DNA from: Anaeramoeba ignava BMAN
Lineage: Eukaryota; Protista; Anaeramoebae
Direction: 5' to 3'
Length of the DNA: 64,000 nucleotides
Assembly (NCBI GenBank): GCA_028826165.1
Contig: JAPDFW010000073.1
Location: 310,001 to 374,000 of the forward strand
A program made the position numbers and the translations under genes. The notes beneath the pieces were generated by a model, which did not search any database, was not told where the DNA came from, and was given only the letters and a program-made list of their open reading frames with translations. Shown one piece after another: positions 35,011 through 47,600 of this stretch (the stretch's first letter is position 1; every line of letters begins with the position of its first letter).

Positions 35011-38000
35011 TTATTTAATTTTTCTTGGAGTTGCTTTAAAATCTACAACTTCAGTTGTTGATGATTCTCCATTTGGAAATTGTGTATACATTTTCACAAG
35101 ATCTCCTGGAACATCTTCAGACATCCAAACTAAATGAGTTGTTCTTTCTGAATCATCGTTAATTGTAAATCCTTGATATTTTATGCATTTTACTGATTTT
35201 TTAGATACTCTAATTTCGTCATTTAATTTAATTACAACCTAAAATTTAAATTTAAATATTTTTTCAATTTAATTTAAATATTCAAATTAAATATTCAATT
35301 TAAATATTCAAATTAAATATTTTTTCAATTTAAATATTCAATTTAAATATTTTTTCAATTTAAATATTCAATTTAAATATTTTCGGAATTTAAATATTTT
35401 TGGAATTTAAATATTTTCAATTGAATTTAAATATTTTTTCAATTTAAATATTTTTTCAATTTAAATATTTTTGGAATTTAAATATTTTTTGAATTTAAAT
35501 ATTTTCAATTTAAATATTTTTGGAATTTAAATATTTCCAATTTAAATATCCAATTTAAATATTCAATTTAAATATTTTTGGAATTTAAATATTGAATTTA
35601 AATATTTTTGGAATTTAAATATTCAATTTAAATATTTTCAATTTAAATATTTTTGGAATTTAAATATTCAAATTAAATATTTCCAATTTAAATATTTTTA
35701 ATTTAAATATTTTCAATTTAAATATTTTTTGAATTTAAATATTTTCAATTTAAATATTTTTTGAATTTAAATATTTTCAATTTAAATATTCAATTTAAAT
35801 ATTTTTCAATTTAAATATTTTTCAATTTAAATATTTTTTCAATTTAAATATTTTGAATTTAAATATTTAATTTAAATATTTCCAATTCAAATATTTTCAA
35901 TTTAAATATTCAATTTAAATATTTTCAATTTAAATATTTTCAATTTAATTTAAATATTTTTTCAATTTAATTTAAATATTTTCAATTTAAATATTCAATT
36001 TAAATATTTTCAATTTAAATATTTTTTAATTTAAATTTTCAATTTAAATATTTTTTAATTTACTCTTTCACTATAACTTTGAGTAGGTTCATTTCTAACT
36101 ACTGTTTTAATTGGAAATGATATTTTTTCAGCTACCCATTGACTTCTTTCTATTGAATCTAATCCTTCAGAAATTGTTTTCCAAACAGTACATTCAAACC
36201 ATTCATTTTCTATACTAATTAATTGAACTCCATATTGAACCTAAAATTAATTATTAAAATTATTAAAATTATTAAAATTATTAAAATTATTAAAATTATT
36301 AAAATTATTAAAATTATTATTATTATTAAAATTATTAAAATTATTAAAATTATTAAAATTATTAAATTCAAACTTTTGGAGTAGATGGAGAATATAACAT
36401 CATATCATCATCTTGATCATATCTCAAAGTAACAGTTTTATTAAGAGGTTCTTTATTAGAATGAGTAGTTTGTTGAATTTGAAGGGAATATTTATTAACA
36501 TTAACAGATTGAAGAGTATAAGTAATATATCTAGAAGTAGTAGCATCAGTATTTTTCCAAGTTTGAGTTTTAACATAAGAACCAGGTTTCCAAAAACCCC
36601 AAGAATGTCTTTCAATTGGGAATTGAGTCCGTTGAAGTTTTTTTGCTTTCTTGATATTTTCCGAATTTGTACTTGATTCATTTCCTAATAATTTCGCACA
36701 ATTATCACATACTCTTACTGGGTCAAAAAACCCATATTTTGGTATTGCTCGTCTTTCTGTTGAACATTTTGAACAGAAAATTAATCCACAATTTCGACAA
36801 TGATGTCGTCTTAATGTTACAGTGAATGGTGCTTTGCAATTCATACATACAGATGATTCTTTGTCAACTAACCAGATTGGCTTTTCTAATTTATTGTATG
36901 CTAATTTTCGTGGATCTTTATTGGTTATTATATTAATTTGTGTTTTCATTTTCCATCCAATTTCTTTATTTAATTTTAATTTTAATTTTAATTTTAATTT
37001 TAATTTTAAATTCAAAACGAATTTTAATTTTAATTTTAAAATGAATTTTAATTTTAATTTTAAATTTAATTTTAAAATGAATTTTAATTTTAATTTTAAA
37101 ACGAATTTTAATTTAAATTTAAATTAAATTTTAATTTTAATTTGATTAACCTTGTAATCCTCCTTGTAATTTTAAATGATTTAATTCATCTCCTAAATGT
37201 AATTCTTTGAAAATATTTGCATTTCTATTTAATTCATCATTCCAAAGAAATTCTCTAGTAATTTCAAAAGCTCTTTTAGATCTCATCCAAAGAATAAAAT
37301 CACTTTTTTTTGAAACTGAAATTAAATATATTGAAAAAGCAGTTGAATCCAAAACTCTAAATCCAAGTCTAGATTCAACAATATTATCACCAACTTTTCC
37401 TGGAATAATTGCTGTTCCATAATATCCTTTAATTGTTTGTGAAAGTGAATCAAGATGTGGTTTTCCATTTACCCAACCTGTTAATGCTGATGAATGTTTA
37501 AATTCCTTTTATAATTTTAATTTATATTTTAATTTGATTTGATTTTAAATTAATTTAATTTTAATTTATACTTTAATTTTAATTTATATTTTAATTTAAT
37601 TTTGATTTAATTTTAATTTCAATTTAATTTCAATTTAATTTTAAATTCAGTTTCTTGTTTACTTTAATTTAATTTGATTTCAATTTATAATTTTAATTTA
37701 TATTTTAATTTAATTTGATTTTATTTTTTAATTTAATTTAATTTTGATTTGATTTAATTTTAATTTTAATTTAATTTTAAATTCAGTTTCTTGTTTACTT
37801 TTCCTTGAATAAAAACTTTATTTGCTGTGAATTCAAATCCACTTTGTTCAAGTTCCTAATTAATGAATTATTATAAATAAAATTGAATTCATTTTTTCAA
37901 TATATTTTTTACTTGTAAAGCTTGTTCAATTAATATATCTAATGGTTTTAATTTTGGATCAAAATCTAAAATTGAAGAAGCTTTAATTAAAAGATAAGCA

Positions 38001-39572
38001 AGAGTATCATTACTATCAACAAGTTGTAATTCAATTGCACTTTTTCCTTTTGGAGTATCTGTTTGTTCTTGAAGCTTTTCAAATTTTAATTTTATAAATG
38101 AATTTTAATTTTAATTTTAATTTTAAATTGAATTTTGATTTTAATTTTAATTTTAATTTTAATTTTAATTTTAATTTTAATTTTAATTTTAATTTTAATT
38201 TTAAATTTAATTTTAATTTTAATTTTAAATATTAATTTTAATTTTAATTTTAATTTTAATTTTAATTTTAATTTTAATTTTAATTTTATAAATGAATTTT
38301 GATTTTAATTTTGATTTTATAAATGAATTTTAAATTGATTTCATTTACTTTCCATGAACTTGGAAAAGAAATTCCAATAAATGGATTACATCCTTCAAAA
38401 ATATCAAATTTTTCAAAAGAATTAGTTTTTGGTTTAGATAAAGTAAATGTGGCACAAGCAACAAGAAAATGATTTTTAAATTGATCCCAAACAGGAGAAC
38501 GTGCAACACCACTTTTTTTTGAAATAAATTCATTTCAATTAATCTTAATAAAATCAATCTTTTTTTTTTAAAAAAAATAATTTTAAAAAGGAGAAATTTA
38601 TTTACCAAATCATAAATATTCTTTTATTATTTGAAAAAGCCATTGCTCTCATAACATCTGTTTCAGAATCTCGAACTAAAGGATAATAATTTTAAATTTA
38701 ATTTTGAATTTAAATTTAATTTTAATTTTAATTTGAATTTTAATTTTAATTTTAAATTTCAATTTTAAATTTAAATTTAATTTTAATTTGAATTATAAAT
38801 TGAATTTTGATTTTAATTTTAATTTTAATATTAATTTTAAATTTGAATTTTAATTTTAAAATGAATTTTGAATTTTAATTTCAATTTTGAATTATAAATT
38901 GAATTATAAATTGAATTATAAATTGAATTATAAATTGAATTATGAATTGAATTATAAATTGAATTATAAATTGAATTATGAATTGAATTATAAATTGAAT
39001 TTTAATTTCAATTTTGAATTATAAATTGAATTATAAATTGAATTATAAATTGAATTTTAATTTAAATTTTAAATTGAATTTTAAATTTAATTTTTAAATT
39101 GAATTATGAATTGAATTTTAAATTGAATTTTAATTTTAATTTTAATTTTAAAATGAATTTGGAAAATACTTTTATAAGCACCACAATCAATAACAATTCC
39201 TTTTGAAGGAACTTTCCACCAACGAGTAGCGAAAATTTGCCAGTTATCAGCTTTACAAAAATATTCCATCCAATCTTCCAAATTGATTTCGAATTTAAAC
39301 TTACACATAGTAACTGAAACAAAAGGAGCAGAAGGTTCCATAACTGGAGCAAATAAACCAATAATCCACCAGCGTGGAAAGTGTTTGTTGACCTCTTTAA
39401 CTTCTGAATCAACTTGCCATTGCTTTGGTAGTACAATGCTGTATTTGTATTTTTCAAAACCGCCTGGTGTGAATTTTATTGTTTCATGCGTTTTTGCTAA
39501 TGGTTTGTTTAAATGTAATGGTATTATCGGTAAATCAAATAGAAATTGATCTTTTTCTTCTTTTTGGTTCAT
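35011..39572 (-). CDS. Multi-exon FYVE zinc-finger protein with uncharacterised N- and C-terminal domains (~9 exons)
   Basis: FYVE signature WLVD...CMNC..PFTVTLRRHHCRNCGLIFCSKCS...VRVCDNC. GT-AG splicing links the exons from MNQKEE to VDFKATPRKIK*. Confidence 0.85.
35240..36063. repeat. Intronic minisatellite (AATTTAAATATTTT-type)
   Basis: Fills the last intron of the FYVE gene. Confidence 0.9.
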
Positions 39573-39686
39573 CTTCTTTTTTTCTTTTTTTTTTCGCTCT
39601 TGTTTTATTTAGAAATGAAAAAAGCAAAAAAAAAATGATTTTTTTTCATTTTTTTTCATTTTTTTTTTTCATTTTTTTTTTAGTTA

Positions 39687-41910
39687 ATGTCAAACTGTAT
39701 AAATCAATTAAATAATAATGTATTTTTCAATACAAAATTAAATACAAATTTAAAATCAAATTCAAAATTCAATTTAAAATCAAATTCAATTTAAAAATCA
39801 AAATCAAATTCAAAATATAAATTCAATTTCAATTTCAAATTCAAAATCAAAATCAAATTCAAAATTCAAATAAAATTCAATTTCAAATTCAAATTCAAAA
39901 TCAAATTCAAATTCAAATTCAAATTCAAATTCAAAATCAAAATCAAAATTTAAATTCAAAATCAAAACCAAATTCAAATTCAAAATTAAATTCAAATTCA
40001 ATTTAAAAATTCAAAATCAAATTCAATTTAAAATTCAAAATCAAAATTCAAATTCAAAATCAAATTCAAATTCAAATTAAAATTCAAAATCAATTTCAAT
40101 TTCAAATTCAAATCAAATTCAAAATTCAAATTTAAAATCAAATTCAAATTCAAATTCAAAATTCAAATTTAAAATCAAATTCAAATTCAAAATCAAATTC
40201 AATTTAAATATAAATTAAATATAAATTCAAAATCAAAATCAAAATCAAATTCAAATTCAAAATCAAAATCAAATTCAAATTCAAAATTCAATTTAAAATC
40301 AAAATCAAATTCAAATTCAAAATCAAAATCAAATTCAAATTCAAAATCAAAATCAAATTCAAAATTCAATTTCAAATTCAAAATCAAATTCAATTTAAAT
40401 ATAAATTAAATATAAATTCAAAATCAAATTCAAATTCAAAATCAAAATCAAAATCAAATCAAAATCAAAATTCAAAATTCAATTTCAAATTCAAAATCAA
40501 AATTCAAATTCAATTCAAATTCAAATTCAAATTCAAATTTAAAAAAAAAAGATTTTTAATCGATGCATGAAAGAAACTCCTAATGGAATTGGGACTATTA
40601 TTGCAAAAACAATATATAGTTTTATTTATCCAGAATTAATAATGAATTTCTTTGTGATTTGCATAATGATTCTTCCTTGGTTAATGTTTCAAAAGAAATC
40701 AAGTTTTTCACTAGATAATTCATTAAAAAGAAGATTTTTATTATCAAAATTGAATTTTATTAATTTTATTCATCGATTATGTTATACATTTACATTAGAT
40801 ATTATTCTTTATTCAATATTTAGACAAAGAAGACCTGTATTTATTTAGAAATTTAATTAGAAATTTATTTAGAAATTTATTTATAAAATTATTTATAAAA
40901 TTATTTAGAAATTATTTAGAAATTTATTTATAAAATTATTTGAAAAATTATTTGAAAAATTATTTGAAAAATTATTTAGAAATTTATTTATAAAATTATT
41001 TAGAAATTTATTTAGAAAATTATTTGAAAAATTATTTGTAAAATTATTTGTAAAATTATTTAGAAATTTATTTATAAAATTATTTAGAAATTTATTTAGA
41101 AAATTATTTGAAAAATTATTTGTAAAATTATTTGAAAAATTATTTAGAAATTTAATTTAGAAATTATTTAGAAATTTATTTATAAATTTATTTGAAATTA
41201 TTTGAAATTTATTTAGAAAATTATTTGAAAAATTGATTTGCAAAATTTAGTGTAAATGTGAATCAAATGGTGATGGAATTTATACTCCTGTTGGATCGAT
41301 ATATGGTATGCCTTCTGGTGATTCTTTAACAGCTGCTCTTATTGGAACATTTTTAATTGAACAAGCACCAATTATGCCAATTATATCAAGAATTTTAGGA
41401 GTTTTAGTTTTTATTTTTGTGATGTTTGAAAGAGTTATTCTTGGATATCATTCATTAGGTCAAGTTATTAGTGGAGCTTCCTTGGGAGTTGCTTTGCATT
41501 TTTATTCAACTCGACTCCCTCAATATGTTACATTTATCGATAATTTCCTTCAATTAGTTTTTGGAGCAATTTTTTTACGATTAGATCCTTCACTTCGTTT
41601 TGGAAAATATGATGATAATAATTTATTTGGATGGCTTTTTGATGGTTATGCTTTTATCATTTTTGAAAGTATTTTATTGTTTAGATTCTATTGGAAAATT
41701 GATTGGAAAATGTTGAAATTTAGTTATGTTAAAATGATGAAAAATTTAGATCCTTTTGATAAAGAAAATCCAAATTTTAGTGTTAAATCAAAAATTTCTC
41801 ATTTAACTGTTTCATCTTTATCGGATACTTTTTATTTTTGGATTGCTTTTTTTATTTGTTTAGTTATTCAATATTTAGCTTATTGTTTTGAGAATTATGG
41901 TTGGGATTGA
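39687..41910 (+). CDS. PAP2/lipid-phosphate phosphatase superfamily membrane protein (exons 39687-39719, 40552-40836, 41251-41910)
   Basis: FRQRRP, YGMPSGDS, ERVILGYHSLGQV, plus hydrophobic segments. All junctions are phase 0. Confidence 0.8.
39720..40551. repeat. Intronic (AAATTC/AAAATC)n microsatellite
   Basis: Fills intron 1 of the PAP2 gene. Confidence 0.9.
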
Positions 41911-42050
41911 AAATTAAAATTAAAATCAAAACAAAAGAAAGAAAGAAAGAAAATTTTCTTTTTATTAATACAATAAAAATTATATTCAAAATAAAATTTA
42001 AAAAAAAAGAAAGAAAGCTACAAAATGATTCAAAAAAAATTATTTCCAAA

Positions 42051-44514
42051 TCAATTTTCATCATCATTTTCATTTTCATTTTCATCTTCATTTTCATTTT
42101 CATTTTCATTTTCATTTTCATTTTCATTTTCATTTTCATTTTCATTTTCATTTTCATTTTCATTTTCATTTTCATTTTCATTTTCATTTTCATTTTCATT
42201 TAAATTTTCATTTTCATCATCATTTTCATTTTCATTTTCATTTTCATTTTCATTTTCATTTTCATTTAAATTTTCATTTCATCATTTTCATTTTCATTTT
42301 CATTTTCATTTTCATTTTCATCATCATTTTCATTTCATTTTCATTTTCATTTTCATTTTCATTTTCATTTTCATTTTCATTTTCATTTTCATTTTCATTT
42401 TCATTTTCATTTTCATTTTCATTTTCATTTTCATCATCATAATCTTCATTTAAATTTAAGTTTAAATTTAAATTTTCATTTTCATTTAAATTTTTTTCAA
42501 GTTGGATATTTTGAATTTTTCTTTCAAACATTAATTGATCAATTTTTAACAATTTAAATTTAGTTGTTTCTCTTTTCAAAACAGTATTTGCAAGAGAATA
42601 AACATTATCCCATTTTTGATTCATTTTTTCTAATTGTTGAACAATTTGAAATTGAGATAATAATTGTGGATTTTTTATTCTTTTCCTTGCACGAAACCAA
42701 GCATCATTTGAAGGATCATTTTCAGGAGGTTGTGGTTTATATTCAAATAATAAACGTGTTCCAATTTTCTCCATTTTTTCGACCCAATAATTATAAACAC
42801 TTTTAACAATTTCTTGATCGATTGATTCAAATATTTTTAAAGCATCTTCAATAGTGATAATTTTTTCATCATTTCCTGATGCTTTTTCCAAATGATCAAT
42901 TATTAATTCAAGTAAATCTGGTGTTAAAATTGATATATTTTTTTGATTTTGATTTTTTTGATTTCTTGAATTTCTTGAATTTCTTGAATTTCTTGAATTT
43001 ATTTGATTTCTTTGTTTTGCATTAAATTGTTCTATAAATTTTAAATCTTCAGGTTGAATATCATAACTTATATTTAAAAAATATTCAAATTTTGGTGGTT
43101 CAATGTATCTTAAATAATTTTCTGGTCTTTTAAATGGTTTCTCAATATTTTTTCTATTATCTTTATTTATGTTTAAATTGGAAATTTGTTTCAATTTTGG
43201 AATTGGAATATTTTGGATATTATTTGCATTTTGTAAGCGACTTTTAATGTGTTCTTCCTTTTTATTTTTTGAGATGAATTATTTTGATTTATTTTGAATA
43301 TTTATTTGAAATGAAATTATTTGATTTGAATTGATTTAATATTGATTTGATTTGAATATTGATTTGAAATGATTTAATTTAATATTGATTTGAAATGATT
43401 TAATTTAATTTAAAATTGATTTGATTTGATTTGATTTAATATTGATTTGAATTGATTTGATTTGATTTAATTTAATTTGATTTAATATTGATTTGATTTA
43501 ATTTAATATTGATTTGATTTGATTTAATATTGATTTAATTTAAAATTGATTTGATTTGAATTGATTTGAATTGATTTGATTTGATTTGATTGAATATTGA
43601 TTTGATTTAAAATTGATTTAATATTGATTTGAATTGATTTGATTTGATTTGATTTAATTTGATTTAATTTGATTTAATTTGATTTAATTTGATTTAAAAT
43701 TTATTTAATATTGATTTAATATTGATTTAAAATTGATTTAATTTGAATTGATTTGATTTGAATTGAATTGATTTGATTTAATTTAATTTGATTTAATATT
43801 GATTTGATTTAATTTAATATTGATTTGATTTGATTTAATATTGATTTAATTTGATTTAATATTGATTTGATTTAATTTAATATTGATTTGATTTGATTTG
43901 ATTTGAATTGAATTGAATTGATTTGATTTGATTTAATTTGATTTAATTTGATTTAATATTTATTTGAAATGAAATTATTTGATTTGATTTGATTTGATTT
44001 AATTTGAATTAATATTGATTTAATATTGATTTAATTTGAATTGAATATTGATTTGATTTGATTTGATTTAATTTAATATTGATTTAATTTGATTTAATAT
44101 TGATTTGATTTGATTTAATTTTATTTGAAAATTGATTTAATATTGATTTGATTTGATTTAAATTGATTTAATATTGATTTAATATTAATTTGATTTGATT
44201 TGAATATTGATTTGATTTAATATTGATTTAATATTGATTTAATATTGATTTAATATTGATTTGTATTGATTTGATTTAAAATTTAATTGAATTTAATTGT
44301 TTTGAAATTATTTTGGAATGAATTGTTTGATTTAATTTGAAATTATTTGGAAAAGAAATATTATTTGATTGTTTACTTTTTGTTCTTCTTCTTCTATTCC
44401 TGTATCAACTTCTGGCATTACTTGAATTGTTGGCATTGCATCAATTTCAGATTTTGGAATAACTTTAAGTCTTTTTTCTGGATTAATTGGTCTTGAACGA
44501 ATTGAAATGCTCAT
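42051..44514 (-). CDS. Enhancer of polycomb (EPC/Epl1)-like NuA4 subunit with a poly(Glu-Asn) tail (exons 44514-44377 and 43257 to ~42051)
   Basis: IRSRPINPEKRLKV, TGIEEEEQKEEHI, IPIP, FKRPENYLRY, YDIQPEDLKFI, VYNYWVEK, AWFRAR, KRETTK. The stop is at 42051 if two 1-nt deletions in (GAAAAT)n are corrected, otherwise at 42274. Confidence 0.8.
43258..44376. repeat. Intronic (GATTT)n-type microsatellite
   Basis: Fills the 1.1-kb EPC intron. Confidence 0.9.
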
Positions 44515-44662
44515 TAAAAATAATAAAAAAAAATGAAAAAAAAAATGAAAAAAAAAATTTAACTTTTTTTAACGTTTTTATTTATTTTTTTGATATTTTT
44601 TATTTTTATTTTGATTTTGGAAAATTAAAAAAAATTAAGAAATTAGAAAAGAAAAGAAAAGA

Positions 44663-47600
44663 TTAATTTGTAGAAACTTGATGAAGACAATTAAAACCAT
44701 CAGAATTTTCAACTAATAAAAATGGATTCCATTTATTTTGAGTATCCCATTCAAAAACAGCAGAAGCAAGACTAAAAAATTGAAATTAAAAATTAAAATT
44801 AAAATTAAAAATTAAAATTAAAATTAAAATTAAAATCGGATAAAAAATTAAAATTAAATTTACAATTAAAATTAAAATTAAAAATTAAAATTAAAATTAA
44901 AATCGGATAAAAAATTAAATTTAAAATTAAATTTAATATTAAAATTAATTTATAAAATTAAAATCGGATAAAAAATTAAAATTAATTTACCTTGGATTTT
45001 TTAAAATTAAAACACATTCTTGTGCTCTTGAAACAACAAAATCTCCAAATACATCTTTTGAAAGAACAATTTTTGTTAAAGTTAATAAAGCTCTTGGAAT
45101 TAATTCATGATCTCTTGCTGCTAATTTTGAAAATGAAAAAACAAGTGTTGTAAATAATCTTGAATTTTGTGCTTCTTCATTTGAAAGAATTTTTGATAAT
45201 TCTAATGGTGTTTTTGGTTCTGTTTTTAAATTTTCAAGTGTTTTATTTTCACTTTGTTCTGTTTTTAATTGAAGTAATTTTTCAAAAGTGAATGTTTCCA
45301 TTAACTAAATAATTAAAGAAAATAAAGTTAAATTTTGAATTTCAAATTAAATTATTTCCAATTAAATTATTTCCAAATTAAATTATTTTTAAATTAAATT
45401 ATTTCCAAATTAAATTATTTTTAAATTAAATTATTTCCAAATTAAATTATTTCCAAATTAAATTATTTCCAAATTAAATTATTTCTAAATTAAATTATTT
45501 TTAAATTAAATTATTTCTAAATTAAATTATTTATAAATTAAATTATTTCCAAATTAAATTATTTCTAATTAAATTATTTCCAAATTAAATTATTTATAAA
45601 TTAAATTATTTCCAAATTAAATTATTTCCAAATTAAATTATTTCTAGATTAAATTATTTCCAAATTAAATTATTTCTAAATTAAATTATTTCCAAATTAA
45701 ATTATTTATAAATTAAATTATTTCCAAATTAAATTATTTTTAAATTAAATTATTTCTAAATTATATTATTTTCAAATTAAATTATTTTTAAATTAAATTA
45801 TTTCTAAATTATTTCTAAATTAAATTATTTCCATCTTAATTCTATTGGTGTTTTGAATTTAAAATTTAGAATTTAAAATTGTCCTACTAACATCATAAAA
45901 TTCAAAAATCATTTTGTTATCACATCTTTCATCAACTTTAGGAGAAGTATATTCTCCAATTAACCAAAAAATATTAACAAGAAAATCAACTGAAGATCCT
46001 GAAATAGAACTAATTAAATGATCTTTTAAATCAACAATCAAAGCTGGATATTGTTCAAAAAAAGCCAGAATTTTAACACTAATAATATTTTGAACAGGTA
46101 ATTCATATCTTTCAAAAGGAATTAATTGATGAAATCTTTCAAACATATTAGAAACAAGTTCTTTGACTTGAACATAAGATCCATAACAAAGAATAACATC
46201 AAAATAAATATCAAGTAATGCAGGAATAATAACACAAGCTTGAATAACTCGAGGACTTAAAGTTTTACGATGAAATTTCATTAAGAAATCAAAAAAATTA
46301 GTGAAAATTGGAAGAGTTGATGAATTCCAAAAATTTCCAAAAGTTCCGACTTCTCTTCTCATAATATAATTAAATAAAACTCTGAATTCTTGTAATTTAG
46401 AATCGGATTCAATTGAAGAAAAATTTCCACCTTCATAAAATAATTTCCATTCAAGAGAAGCTGTTAAAAGTGGAAGATCAAGAATTAGGTGGAAAATTTC
46501 CAAATAATTTGTTGGATGAATTAATGAAGGAAGAATTTCAACAAATTCACTAATTTGATTAATATTTAATTTAATATTGATTTGAATTGAATTGAATTGA
46601 ATTGAATTGAATTGATTTGATTTAATTTGATTTGATTTGATTTAAATTTGATTTGATTTGATTTGATTTGATTTGATTTAATTTGATTTGATTTGATTTG
46701 ATTTGATTAATTTGATTTGATTTGATTTGATTTGATTTGATTTGATTTGATTTGAATTGATTTGATTTGAATTGATTTGATTTAATTTAATTTAAATTGA
46801 TTTGATTTGATTTTGAATTGAATTTGATTTGATTTAATTTGAATTGAATTGATTTAATTTGAATAATGATTTGATTTGATTTAATATTGATTTGATATTG
46901 ATTTGATTTGATTTGATTTGATTTGATTTGATTTGATTTGATTTGATTTTGAATTGAATTTGATTTAATTTGATTTAATATTGATTTAATTTGATTTGAA
47001 TAATGATTTGATTTGATTTGATTTATACCTTGCAAGTGTTTGTGGATTCCATGCAACAACTCTTAAAATTGGCATGACATGATCTGAAAAAACTGTTGTT
47101 CGAATCAAAATATCTCTATTTTCAATTACAAAATTCATAGTTTCAAAAGCAACTAAAGAATCATAATCTTTTAAAAGAAATAGAAAAAAAGAATAATTCA
47201 ATTCAAATTTAAATTTAAATTTAAAATTAAAATTTTGAAATAATAATAATTACATTTTTCAGAAATAATTGAAAAACAAGATTCAAAATAAGGATCAGAA
47301 TCAAAAACATCATTTCCCATTAAATGATGACAAACAAAATCTAAAACACCTAAAGCTAAGAAAACATCTTGATTAGAATTACTTTTATCAAGTAATTTTT
47401 TTGTTAAAGGAGTGAATCTTGAAACCTTAAAAAATCGGAAAAAAATATTTGAATAAAAAAATCAATCATTTTAATATAATTATTATTTACAAGTGATTTA
47501 TCTAAAGAACATAATTCATCAAGTATTCTTAGTGATTCAAGTGCAGAAACTTTTTGAAATGCTTTATCTTTTTTTTCAACAGGAGTAATATCCGATTGTT

